Part shown: piece by piece, positions 39,886 through 52,604 of the stretch
How positions within the stretch are numbered: position 1 is the first letter of the stretch
How the letters are laid out: each line of letters opens with the position of its first letter
NCBI RefSeq assembly: GCF_006345805.1
Contig: NC_043001.1
Location: 4,092,001-4,156,000, forward strand
From: Octopus sinensis
Taxonomy: Eukaryota
Length of the DNA stretch: 64,000 nt
Reading direction: 5' to 3'
Notes under the pieces: model-generated
Told to the model about the DNA's origin: nothing
The model's input: the letters and a program-made list of their open reading frames with translations, nothing else
Database searches by the model: none
Translations under genes and position numbers: made by a program

Positions 39886-41148
39886 CAGGATGCGTAAGAT
39901 ATTTCAGGACAGATTTATATTTATAAAAAAAATTAATAAAAATTAATAAAAAACAGATATATAATAATTTATAATAAATTTATCAAAAAGTTCTATCAGC
40001 ATAAAAATAAACCTTCTTTTCTATAATGATATTCGATGAAGCAACCTTCAGCTTCAACAATTAATTCTGTATGGGATCTAAATCATCTACATGCTCGAAT
40101 CAAATGGTCCTGGTTCATTTTGGACATTACTCTGACTATGGCAGCTTTGAAAGAATGTTTGGTGTTATGGGCGTGTTCATTTTCCTATCTCTCAACAACG
40201 GTCTACATGTAATAGTCCAATGAATTGAGATCTGGGAAATTAGGAAGACAAATGTTAGGGTTTATATGATCATGGAATTTTTCAGCCATCCGTTCCTGTT
40301 TTACTAGAGCCATGTATGATTGTGCAGAGTTTTACTGAAACACATATGGCCTTCCATTCCATGCACTGTCTATCCAGGCCTTAACAATTATTTACAGGAA
40401 CTCAATGCGGGCGGCAGAGTTAACTCTGAGTCCTTGTGGAAATAAGTAAGGACGTATCACATGTCTTTCATTGCTGATGACGCCTAAAACCATGGCAGTT
40501 GCAGGATATTTTCTAGGCGTGACACTTGGAACCTCAGAAATGTCTGCACATAAACATCTGTCATTTTTTGTGTGAACGTATTGGTCTTGGTTGAAGATTT
40601 TCCCGTATCAGAAAGGCCAAATGAAATCTTCTGCTGGAATGTTTAGTTTAAGAGCCTTTTAGATCTGATGTTGTGATATTTTGCTTTTTCTGACAAATTG
40701 GCATTTTCTCATCATATAAGATTTCTATCTGATGTATTCGTGGTCAACATTTATGACTGTTCCTTCTGACACATGGAGATCCTTTGCAATTGACCTCATG
40801 GACTTTCTGGGATTGTAATAAATGGTCTGTTGAACTTCCTGGATAAATTCACGTTTCAGACCGATTATAATGTTTCTTTTATGCTTTGATACTGGTGATA
40901 CGTTTCCATCTTCAGTCTCTAACTCCTTACACACTTTGTAGATGCCAGATATGGCAACTTGTAAAAGTCGAGATATTTCTAAATCGCTATGCTCAGACTT
41001 TGTAGGCACAATAACAGGATGCATCTTCATTTCTTCAGTAAGCTGAGAGTCTGCTATTATAATTTTCTAAAACAAGGATTAAACAGAGTTGGCAAAACAT
41101 GCAGCAATGACCCCAAAATGTATGCCCTCTATTCCCTTACGCACCCTG
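39886..41148 (-). mobile_element. Decayed Tc1/mariner-superfamily transposon (transposase pseudogene at about 40032-41030)
   Basis: ORF 40725-41030 has an HTH (NPRKSMRSIAKDLHVSEGTV). Downstream minus frames give KYPATAMVLGVIS, GLRVN, GRPYVFQ*NSA and LPNFPDLNSLDY (the QQDSAP and WPPNSPDLNPLD motifs). Termini are CAGG(A/G)TGCGTAAG at 39886 and (reverse complement) 41148, the latter followed by TA. Confidence 0.9.
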
Positions 41149-41504
41149 TATTCAAATTTCTACAGTAATTAGTTCAAGAGTTTGCATAAAGATTATAGCA
41201 AAGCAACCCACTAGTTATGAATGTGATCTGTAGCGCGGGACCGGAGATATATCTTGCGCATTCTGTGAGGTCTCTGATGAAGTAGATCACTGGGAATAAT
41301 TCATTCATGCTGTTCAAATGTATTTAGCGTCCAGTGGTTCATTCAGTTGATCACACCAGCGTTGCCTAAAATGTTGCCCGATGCAGAGGAACGAGAGATG
41401 AAATACAAGTTTAAGAAGACAACTCTGCAACCAGTCCAAGACGTGGAGCATAGAACTCACTGGAGTAACATGTCAGTCACAGCATAAATATATATTTACA
41501 TATA

Positions 41505-41918
41505 AAAGGTGGTGAGCTGGCAGAAATGTTAGCACGCCAGGTGAGATGCTTAGCGTTATTTGGTCTGTCGCTACGTTCTGAGTTCAAATTAAGCCGAGGT
41601 CGACTTTGCCTTTCATCCTTTCGGGGTCGATAAATTAAGTACCAGTTGTGCACTGGAGTCGGTGTAATCGGCTTAATCCGTTTGCCTGTCCTTGTTTGTC
41701 CTCTCTGTATTTAGCCCCCTGTGGGTAGTAAAGAAATAGGTATTTCGTCTGCGGCTACGTTCTCAGTTCAAATTCCGCTGAGGTCGACTTTGCCTTTTAT
41801 CCTTTCTAGGTCGATAAATTAAGTACCAGTTACGCACTTGGGTCGATGTAATCTACTTAACCCCTTTGTCCTTGTTTGTCACCTCTATATTAAGCCCCTT
41901 GTGGGCAATAAAGAAATA
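41505..41918 (+). mobile_element. Head-to-tail dimer of SINE family A
   Basis: A full copy at 41505-41738 is followed by a head-less copy at 41739-41918 starting GGTATTTCGTCTG. The core GTCGACTTTGCCTTTCATCCTTTCGGGGTCGATAAATTAAGTACCAG resembles the Meta-SINE domain as I recall it. Confidence 0.92.
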
Positions 41919-42194
41919 AATATATTTATGCATGCACGCTATGTATACAACGATGATTGTTTTATCTTCACTGATGGCTGCTATCACCTTGTATTTCTCA
42001 GTCACTCGGCTGATTTGTGTGGTGTCTTATCTGTCAAGCGTGCACTCAGTGTCAGTCTACTAGCACTGTGGTCCTTTAGGTAGATTGATTGAAATAAGTG
42101 TTATTCATAATATATCGCCTGTGCGTCACTGGATTTCAGTAATACACACTTCTGTGGGTAGTGCCTAGTCACAGGTCGCGGTCTGGCGAGCTCT

Positions 42195-42435
42195 GGGCAC
42201 GTGAGATTCAGCATGACGCAGAGTGTAACAAGCCTGGTCCCTTTGAAATACAACAACAGCAGACACAGGAAGAAAGTGTGAGAGAAAGTTGTGGTGAAAG
42301 AGTACATCAGGGTTCGCCAACAGGCTCTGCTGAAGCCTCGTGGAGCTTAAGGTGTTTTCGCTCAATAAACACTCGCAACGACCAGTCTGCTAATCGAAAC
42401 CGCTATCCTACGATTGCAAGTCCACTGCCCTAACC
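42195..42435 (-). mobile_element. SINE family C, diverged
   Basis: Reverse complement of 29770-30010. Confidence 0.85.
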
Positions 42436-43176
42436 AAAGCTTCCAGATTTATATGGTAATTGCCTTAAAAGTGTGATCTTCCCAGTTGCTAATATTCCAT
42501 GTCATAGCAGAGTGGGGAGCAACAGTGACGAAGGAATGGATTCACACACCTGAAAACGATGGAAATCTCGAATCAGGGCTCTAACTGGATGCCTTATCCT
42601 GTCGTACCAACGTTAATATATACAAATACATGTACACTCCTATATACATACATTTATGTATATAATTTTTATATACGGTAGTACATTGCTCTACATTAGC
42701 TTACCTGGGAATAGAAAAGAATTACAAATTTTGTCGGATAAAAACACAAAAAGACCTTCAATTTATAACCTCTGTGAACTCATATCAAGCGATTCATTGA
42801 ATAGCCCTTCACACTCACTTTCTGCAATGAGTTTCTCTTTCCAAATATGTTCCCTTTTAGAGTTACAAAAGATATTCATAGCATACAAATTCAGCTCGCT
42901 ATTGTGTCTTAATTTATTCAATGAATCAATATGTTCTGTGTGAGTGATAGAAATGTCGCATTTTCACCTTGTATGTAATTAAAATATGTACATTGGCTGC
43001 AAAGGGTTAATTAAAATGGAAAATTGTCAAACAAATCATCTATATTAACTCAGATCCGAAGTACAAATATAGAGAACATTTCTAGTGTTATTTTCGTCAT
43101 TGTTGCACCTATGCAGAATATACACATTTATATATTACATGTTGGAGAAATTTATAATATATATATATATGTTGTA

Positions 43177-43393
43177 TATTGGTTTCAAATTTCGTCACAA
43201 GCCCAGCAATTTAGAGGTAGGTAAGTCGATTACGTTGACCCCAGAGTTCATCTGGTGCTTAGTTACTCCCTCCAAATATGATGATAGTTAAAAGTCGACC
43301 TCGGCAGAATTTGTACTCAGAACACAAAGAGACTAACGAAATGCCGTTAAACATTCTGCCCGTTGTGCAAACGATTCTGGAAGTTCACTGCCT
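43177..43393 (-). mobile_element. SINE family A, diverged
   Basis: ATATTGGTTTCAAATTT tail and AAAAGTCGACCTCGGCAGAATTTGTACTCAGAAC. Confidence 0.75.
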
Positions 43394-45662
43394 GAAACGA
43401 ATTTACAGTATATTAGTGATAATGTTGTTAAAAACTTACCATTTATTGGTAGTTATGAATATATTAACGAATTTTTGAAAATTGTTACAAGGGAGAGCTT
43501 TTCTTGATAAACATAACCTACTTCAAAGAAAAAAAAAGAATAGGGATCAGGAGTTTCAAACTTGAAATATTTATTTTTACCAATTCTCTTGAACATGTTT
43601 GTGGTAGAAACAAATTGCGTTTAGAGAAATAGTTTCTACATATGAGTGTGTGTTATTATATAGAAACAAGTCATTTTTTATCCAGACCAAACAGAATTAC
43701 AAATATAGAAATAGAAATAATCTAAGTTATAACCAAGCTGTGAACAGTTCATCCCTCATTTAGAGATCTTTTGTTCAAGATTGCATTATGTTATCGCTAC
43801 CTAATGAGTTTATAGCCTTCTTGTTTAAAGATGTCAAGAGCAACCTCAAGGAGGTTTGGTTACTATTTCGAAACACTTGGTCACCCAAGAAGAGGTGGTA
43901 GTTTCAGTGAAGTAGTTCTTCGCCTCGAAAATTAAGAACTGATATCAGAGTCGGATAAAATAACTGAGAGAAAAGTTGCCTCACGCAGTGCAACACAATC
44001 GCTTCTATTTTGAATACTAGGCTGCACGTTTTGGAAGTTGACAAAAGAAGCAAATAAGTTACCAAAATATTGCAAAACATTTGATTCAGCCCCAAACTCA
44101 AATTATGCGGTGTGGAACCATTGTGCATACCTTCCCGTTTCTTGCAAATTTCCTTTCAAAAACTGTGTATGTAATTAACACAACTTATTTGCCAAAATAA
44201 TAGCCAAGAAAAAGGAAGCGGAAATTCTTTATCAAAGTCGTTTTTTACTCAAATATTTCATGTGCCTATATTTCACAAGGGGAGACAAATTATCTGTAGT
44301 GTATATAATTAAAATTAACGAGAATATTTTATCAAAATGTTTTTAAGGAAGTCTATGGGGAAAGAAATAACATTTAAAATAATTACATTCATACTAGGGT
44401 GATAAACGTATTTTTGTTGTCTCTTTATATAATTTAAAATAATAAACCTTTAAAATTTGTAGAACAGAAAAAGCTCTCCGATATTTAAGAATTTTTCTTC
44501 AGATCCTAGTTTCAAATATTGCCAATATTAACTTTGTGCTTTTGTGGCCGCTGAAATATGCAAGGAATTACTGATTCGTTGTAAAAGAAAAAAACTATAG
44601 CTGCATTCCCATTCTCTACTGAGCAGTATAAATTGTATCTATCACTTAAGCATCCCTCGAGTTAACTAAAATCTCTATAGAATATATACTCTAGCATGGA
44701 ACAGCATTTAGATATCTAACACTCTACTACGGTGGTAGACTGATCCTTCTTATAAAAACATGTGGCCTTTTACCAAAAATGCACGAATTGTTATTCAATA
44801 CTTGATATTTGGTATATATTGTTTCCTTTACCCTATTTTGGTATTGTCTGAACTGTCTGCAAGAATCGCTTTGAATTTTGGCTCAGTTCAATATTGATCT
44901 ATCATCGATGACTATGTTAATAGCAGTGTTGACGACTTTGAAGTTGTTTTTTTTCCCTTCTGGTTATAAGCAGTTGTATAGAATATAAGTATTAATATGT
45001 CACATGCAAAGGTTATAGAGCATTCTTTCTGGAACAATTCTATACATTTTCGGTATAATATACTTTTAATGTTAGTATCTCGTCTCCAGCTGTTGTTATC
45101 CACATTTCAATTATTGTTTCTCATTATCATCATCATCGTCATCATCATCATTCAGTTTGTATAATATGTGCACACACATACACAGGCACACGCGCACATA
45201 GACGCGCAAACACAAGCACACACACGCACACACATACACACACACACACACCTGTGCGTCCTTACATAAAAATGGCACTGTAATGTTGATCAAAATAATA
45301 TTTAAAAACTGAGCTATATTTGTAGCAGCAGTTTGAAACGCTAACAATGGCCCATTACAATGGCGATGGAGATCTGTTTCAACCTTCATTTTCTTTCATT
45401 GTGATTTATTTTTATTTTCCATTATTCCAAGATATTTAATAAAATACCATTTTTCCAGAATATTGATATTTTGAGGTGGTTAACGCGGAATTGTTTGTTG
45501 CACTTGTGGGACACGTGACAGACCTATATTGTTGCATTTTGTCACCAGTCGATTCTTTAGGGAGAGAACCTATATTTACAAATGCATTCTGGTGATGGCC
45601 ATCCTGTCTACACTTCTTTCTCTGGCGCTGAATATTTCAAGGAATTAGATAGTAAAATCTTA

Positions 45663-45764
45663 TATTATTTACATTTGACGGATATTTCTCTTCATCTTGT
45701 TTGTTAACACAACGTTTCGGCTGATATAAACTCCAGCCTCCATCAGGTGTCTTGGGGAATTCGA

Positions 45765-45820
<56 letters not shown>

Positions 45821-45944
45821 GTGTTGTTGTTGTTGTTGTTATTATGTTATTATTCAGTTCACTGACTGCAATCGAACTCGGAATCTTGTGGTTAGTAGCA
45901 CGCGCTCTTAACCACTACGCAATAATAATGGTGATGATGATGAT

Positions 45945-46014
<70 letters not shown>

Positions 46015-46166
46015 TTAACATCGAAAAATTCTTTAGGAATGGGAACCCAGGTTCGTAATCTCCCCAATACACCTAATGAATGCTGGAGGGTATATTACTA
46101 GAAACGTGTTAACAACCAATAAGAAGAGGACAAATATTCGTCAAATGTAAATAATGTAAATAACGT
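45663..46166 (-). mobile_element. tRNA-headed, hammerhead-tailed element (minus strand) with an inverted tract and tail at its 5' end (locus 2)
   Basis: On the minus strand: head 45920-45853 (GCGTAGTGGTTAAG...GAGTTCGATTGC), (AAT)n, then tail 45768-45663. On the plus strand: (AAT)n 45921-46012 and tail 46013-46166. Confidence 0.85.
45706..45751 (-). ncRNA. Minimal type-I hammerhead ribozyme, best-preserved copy
   Basis: GACAC-CTGATGG-A-GGCTG-gagtttatat-CAGCC-GAAAC-GTT-GTGTT. Stems I and II pair, loop III is the ACGT palindrome, and there is one core substitution (A9G). Confidence 0.8.
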
Positions 46167-47435
46167 AAGGCTAAGAAATTCATAGCATATTTATGCAAAT
46201 GAATTGTTGAGCATTGTGTATGAGTTCCAGTAGGGTTGACTGTAAACGAGCGAGAATATAAAATCCATCAGTCAACGCATTGATCTGTATGAACTGGGTA
46301 GACCCTATCAACGTACATCTATACGACAATTTCACGAGTGTAATTAAACATGAAACATATTTGATGTGCGCATGATGGGTTACCATTAAGTCGCTTCTAG
46401 AATCAGGCTCTTTGTTATTGCATTCTACTACATGTTAGCTTAAGTAGTAAGTTATTGAAGTTGTACAACATCAAGTCCTTTACCGCATATTGAATGAACA
46501 GAAACTAGATGATTGGTCATCAATAGTTTTCCTGTGTTTGTGAGAAATACCTAAGCTCTAAGATAATTTAACAACAATAAAGCGGCTCTTGGGTATATAA
46601 GGCTATTCTCTGTAGCAAGCGTTTAGCATAATGAAACTTTCCTATCTTTCTCTTACTAGAACGTGAAATATTTCATAGATGCTGTCCTTTAACTAATCAT
46701 AAACATTTCCTGGAACACTCCTAAATAGGCACCTATTCCTTCTCTGAGAAATAAAACATTAACATGCCAGCACCTTAGGAGTTAGTTTAAAGATAAGTAC
46801 AACGTAAACCCTTAATGAATTCTACAAACTGACTTTGAAGTAAGGGGTAAATTTAGTTTGATGTTTAAAGGTAAATACAGTTGCTGCTGCTGTGACTACT
46901 AAACACTCTGTAATTAGGATTCTGTCATAGTTTAAGAGAAAGTAATTCTCTGCAATAACTTGAATATGAGTTATTGACTGTGCAGATTCCTTTACCAAGA
47001 TGTGGTGCAGACTAAGCAAATGTTTGGAAACTAACCTACAGAAATATATTTACCGAACTATCCAACTCAAATAGGTATACTGGCTTGGAATAGATACACA
47101 TGGATATAGAAGAATGTCAGACCTAATACAGACATAATTACCATGGGCAGAATAAAAACATCAAAGCATCAGTGAAACGGGATATATGTCTGACAAGCAT
47201 TGTGAATTTGTGATCTCGGATGTAGTAAAAACGTAACAATACTGCAGACAAGATTAAGTACCATCGACATAAAAAGAAAACAGGCGATATTGCGGAGGGG
47301 ATAATATTGAAAGGAAAACATCGTCAGTAAAAATATAGTTTTTAGAATATTCTTGTTTAAGTTTGAAAGGGAAGAAACAATATCAGGAACATTTCTAAAG
47401 TTGCCACGAGGTAAACTGTTTCAATTAAACTGTAA

Positions 47436-47519
<84 letters not shown>

Positions 47520-47694
47520 TGTGTGTGTGTGTATGTGTGTGTATGTGTTTGTGTGTGCGTGTGCGCGTGTTTGTGTGTGTGTGTAATATATGCATATACA
47601 CATATATGTATGGATATATATATATATATATATTTATAAATATATGTGTATATATATATACATATATATATATGCGTGTATGTATATATATATA

Positions 47695-49113
47695 TAAAAC
47701 AGTCAATGAGAAAACCCTTCTAGTATCATTCAACGTAGTTAATCTTTATTCTAACATCCCTCACAACCTAGGAATAGAAGCGATCACCTTCTGGCTGAAT
47801 AACTACCCCTTTGAACTCCCAACTCGCATAAACAAAGACCTTATAATAGAAGGACTTAGATTCATTTTAGAGAACAATTATTTTATTTTTGACAATGATT
47901 TCTACAGGCAAAGATCGGGAACAGCGATGGGCACGCGTACTGCACCTTTTTTGCCAACCTAGTGATGGGATACCTCGAGAAAATACTATACCGGATGACA
48001 CTCGAGAAATATGGAAACACCTTCGCCACCTATATCCATAACAACTGGAAAAGATACCTCGATGACTGTTTCATCATCTGGGACAAAGGCATAGAGAAAC
48101 TTGAGGAATTTAAAATTCTATTAAATGGAAAAATGACAATATACAATTCACGATGGACCACAACGAAAAAGAACTACCATTTTTAGACATCCTCATTAAG
48201 AAAACCGGCAACAAAATAGAGACAGATATCTACTATAAACCGACAGACTCTAAACAGTACCTACCCTTTGATTCATGCCACCCACGACACACTAGAATGA
48301 ATGTCCCTTTTTGTTTAGCTAGAAGGATTTGCACCATAATATCAGACACAAACACCCGACACACACGTCTCCAGGAACTTAGAACCACACTCACAAATAG
48401 AAACTATCCACAGCACCTAATAGACAGTGCAATCCAACGGGTACTTAGATTAAGTATAGAAGACCTGAGACAAACAAAACCAAAAAAGAAAGAACAATTA
48501 AAAACCCTTCCCTACATCTCTACACACAACCCACTCAACAATGAGGCCTTCAACACCATACTACAAAGCACAGCCCTACTAAAGGGAGACCCAAAGATGA
48601 ACCGGATCCTCGAAACACACACTATCATTAAAAGTAAACGGCAACCAAAATCCTTGAAAAGGATTTTAACCCAAGCTACACTGCACTCAACCAGCAGTTA
48701 GAATATGTGGAAGGCCCAACTGCGGAATCTGTGTCATCTTAAAAGAAGGATCAGAATTTATACTGGAACAAGGCCACCAGTTCACCATTAGAACAAACTT
48801 CACCTGCGCATCAGAAAACTTAATCTACGTCATAACATGCGCAGGCTGCAATAGGCAGTATATAGGCCATACAAAAAATAGCTTACGTAACAGGATGGCG
48901 GTGCATAAATCACAAATTAGAAACCCTGATTACCGCAAAATACCGGTCAGCGGACACATAGATAGATGTGCTGGAAATGTAAATCCGAAATTTACAACTA
49001 ACCCGCTCTAAAAATTCAGTGACAACGCAACCTTCACACAACGCCAAAATAAAGAACTATATTTCATAAAAAAATTTAGACCAAGTTTAAACACCCTGGG
49101 CCAGGAATACTAA
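47695..49113 (+). pseudogene. Frameshifted PLE RT-GIY-YIG polyprotein
   Basis: The coding pieces (ORFs ending 47962, 48186 and 48701; frame 48700-49113 with one internal stop) are in different frames. Confidence 0.9.
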
Positions 49114-49279
49114 AACAAAAGATAAGTCCTCCGAAAGGGAGAAGCGGAGTTCCACCACGGCCGCTGCTTCAAACAGACACTCACTCTGACGGAAATATGC
49201 CTTAGTAAAAAAGGAAAAAAATTAGTTCGTGCAAATCTGACCCTGATACATACGATACAGCTAAGGGTCAGACCCGATT

Positions 49280-49820
49280 CTGATTGGTCAACAAGTTGAT
49301 GACGTCTAGCTCTGCTAGAATGGACAGGATACAAACAGGGGACAGTCATTAGTCAGAATATTGATGACGTCCTTTTCTGCTTGAATAGTCACCTAACAAG
49401 TACAGACAGGGGGCAGATCTAATGTAGCTATAAGTCGTGATTGGGCAGAATCTGGATGACGTCCCGCTCTGCTTGACTAACGAAGCGACTGGTCAAAACA
49501 GGAAACAAACAAGAGGCAGATATAATGCAGCGATTGGTCAAAATAATGATGACGTCCCGTTCTACTTGACCAACGAAGCGACTGGTCAAAACAGGAAACA
49601 AACAAGAGGGAGTTATAATGCAGCGATTGGTCAAAATAATGATGACGTCCCGTTCTACTTGATTAAAGCCACCTAACGAAACGATTGGTCAAAACATTGA
49701 TGACGTCACGCTACGCTAGATTGACCACCTAACAGGCATTATAAAACCGAGTATTTCACAAAAACTCACTAGAACCACCCAGCGAACTTCCACCATGGGT
49801 CATCACAATTGCTTAAGGTA
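49280..49820 (+). promoter_or_regulatory. Pseudo-LTR Pol II promoter: six ATT(G/A)G-N12-TGACGTC modules, TATA box, Kozak ATG and splice-donor-like site
   Basis: ATTGG at 49283, 49348 (ATTAG), 49440, 49533, 49626 and 49684, each 17 bp before TGACGTC. 93-bp tandem units start at 49455, 49548 and 49641. TATAAAA is at 49740, CCACCATGG has its ATG at 49795, and AG|GTAAAA is at 49818. Confidence 0.65.
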
Positions 49821-50088
49821 AAAATGAATTCCTCGTTCTTTCGGAAACATCAATCTTCTGTATTGACCGCTTTCCACCACTTTGATCTGTTTTTTGTATT
49901 GAATACGTATCGCCACCGTGGGCCACTGCATCGAACACTTTGAACATATACTTCAAACTATATATCAACTATACATGAACTATATATCAACTATACATGA
50001 ACTCTAAGATGTCTGACTCCGTTGTGTATTATAAATGAATTTCTTGTGTTTGACGGCATGAGCTGTCTTTTTTTATATATAACTTTTT

Positions 50089-50122
50089 TTGATAAGGTTC
50101 ATTTCAGGAACTGAAACATGTT
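50089..50122 (+). ncRNA. Probable decayed hammerhead motif at the 3' end of the Neptune-like element
   Basis: TTGATAA-GGTTC-atttcag-GAACT-GAAAC-ATGT-T. Stem II pairs and loop III is the ACATGT palindrome, but the core has substitutions and stem I cannot be recovered. Confidence 0.45.
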
Positions 50123-50182
50123 ATAATGTATATATAAAAATTAAAAATTGTATAATACAGCAGCATTTTCGAACTTCATTTT

Positions 50183-50213
<31 letters not shown>

Positions 50214-50974
50214 GCATGAACCTGCAGATATATAAAAACGCACAGTCACATATATACACACACGCACCTATATATGCATTATTCTTTTCTTTTTATACTC
50301 TCTATTTCGGAATGTTTTACAATGGCAGAGATTTGGTGTATATAAGCCTGTTACGAATGCCGAAGTTTGTAAATTATTTTTGCTTTTATAGTGTATGGCT
50401 AGTAATTATAGTTATGCACTAATAATGAAACCATCACGAACAATAAAGATTGATCAGGAGGGGCCATATTCAACATATATTTAATGGGGAGAGATAAGAT
50501 ATTTGGCCTTACATGATGTGTAAGTCATCGTTTGATGGAATGCGCGTTTGGTGGGATATTCAATGTACAATGGTTTGTATTATTGTAGAGTTTATAAGAC
50601 ATTGGTTTATAAACAATTCTGCAATGTTTCAAATGAGAATCTTAGTCTGTAAAACTACAAAATGCCTCATTAGTATTGTCGCATCGTGTTATAATAAGCT
50701 TAATTCTTTTTGTATATAATTTATGAATCGGCTTTTAAATTTCGTTCGATAACCAGTCTAAGCTTTTACTATCGTTTATTTTGATATAATCATGATTTTG
50801 TTAGTTTGTCAGTAAACTACGTCAGAACATTAATCGTTAAACTGCAAAATTATTGCGTATTAAAATGCTTGTTCGTTCATAATTTGATTATAGAGAAAAT
50901 TTGAGCATGTGTTAGAGGTTGCTCCATTTAGTAATGTAAGTGGGGGACTTTTAATGTTGGCAATAATGTTACGC

Positions 50975-51128
50975 CTCGGCAGAATTTCTGAGTACAAATC
51001 CTGACGGGGTAGTCTTACATCGTGTCGCGGGTCGAGAAAATATGTACCAGTTGAGTAATGGGGTCGATGTAATCGATTAGCCCTCTTCTTCGAACCTGTT
51101 GAGGTTGTGCCTAAAATTGGAAACCAAT
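50975..51128 (+). mobile_element. SINE family A fragment, diverged
   Basis: CTGAGTACAAATCC, GTACCAGTTGAG, GGGGTCGATGTAATCGA and GTGCCTAAAATTGGAAACCAAT. Confidence 0.6.
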
Positions 51129-51220
51129 TTGATGTTACACTGGTGAAATTGATTTCTTTAAATAGTGCTCATTTCATGAAATCAACAGATGGAATATTAA
51201 AGAATTGGATACAATGAATG

Positions 51221-51410
51221 TTCTTTTCTACTTTAGGCACAAGGCCCGAAATGTGCGGGGCAGAGACAACTAGTACTTAATCTATTGATTTCGAAAGGAT
51301 GAAAGGCAAAGTCGACCTCGGCGAAATTTGAACTCAGAACGTAGCGGCAGACGGACCATCACTAAACATTTCGCACAGCGTGGTAACGTTTCTGCCAACT
51401 TGCCGCCTTG
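51221..51410 (-). mobile_element. SINE family A with an internal deletion
   Basis: GATGAAAGGCAAAGTCGACCTCGGCGAAATTTGAACTCAGAACG; tail TTCTTTTCTACTTTAGGCACAAGGCC. Confidence 0.85.
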
Positions 51411-52538
51411 AATACAATGGATATTGTTAATGTAGCTAATTCAAGATTTTGTAGTTAGAATTTTGTTTTGCTTCTACATATCGTGGATTAATTCGATTAC
51501 ATGTTAATGACATTTTCGACAGTTATTAACAATTCCTTCGTGGCTGACCAATAACTGACTAAGGGAATCAATCCTGTTTGAAGACATACATACTCGTATA
51601 CTTTAAAAACTTAACAGTTCATATTCACAAGGTAAACGTTCGAACATTTTCGTTGATAGAGTTTGATCATGGTTACCCGTTCGATTAAGAATAACGACTC
51701 ATAAAACTTAGTTTCTTTCACCACATATTCCGATTCAATAATATATTGGCTATCTGCAATTTATATATTTCAATTAGAATATGAAATAATATATAACATT
51801 TGTACAATTCACATTGTAATCAGTAAAAACCGAATGTCCGCAGGATCCTTTTCCCATTTCTTCAAGTTTTCTACTTTGTAAGAACTTATTTGACATTTTA
51901 ATACATAAGATGAACATTGAATCCGCAATAATATTCTGGGAGCTGTTGTCTATTAAAATACCGTATATGAAATAGTGATCTGAGAAGCTTTCATTTTCTT
52001 ATTACATAAACGGTTAGAATAATATGTCATTGTTTCGATACACGCCAGATTTTCCCAAATCTCATGACATAATATCTACCCGTTCATCATATCAACTACT
52101 GTGATTCGTATATAGATCACAGTCCTTCTCTCACGAATGCCCTTCTTTTTAGTGGCGCTTTGTAATAATTTTCTCTTACGTATTATATCTCTTCCTATTC
52201 TTTAGATTACAGACCAATTATTTATGTGAAGCATTTAATTTTTCAACACAATTCGAAAAGCTGTTCTCAAAGAAAGATTCTTTGCTTAGTTTAACAAAAT
52301 GTGTTTTTATGCATACACATTATGCATGGATATCTACATATAAAAAGTTACACCAACATACACATAATCATACTTAACTACTTACACAGACAAACGACCG
52401 CACACACATACACACGAACAAGTATACATAAATATGCACACATATATACATACATTTATACATTCATATATATATATATATAGAGAGAGAGAGATAGATA
52501 GATATAGACATAGACACACACACACGCACACAGGCACT

Positions 52539-52604
<66 letters not shown>

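Larger units (their letters stand above)
47695..50130 (+). mobile_element. 5'-truncated Neptune-like Penelope element (RT, Cys-rich linker, GIY-YIG, pseudo-LTR)
   Basis: RT motifs LVSFNVVNLYSNIP, QRSGTAMGTRTAP, KRYLDDCFIIW, ELPFLDI and YYKPTDSKQYLPFDSCHPRH; linker CGRPNCGIC; endonuclease ENLIYVITCAGCNRQYIGHT..LRNRMAVH. The 5' end abuts (TA)n. Confidence 0.95.

Noticed and set aside
49455-49700. 93-bp repeats as a CRISPR-like array or coding repeat
   Set aside because: There are no unique spacers, the context is eukaryotic TE sequence, and the ORFs on both strands only mirror the repeat period.
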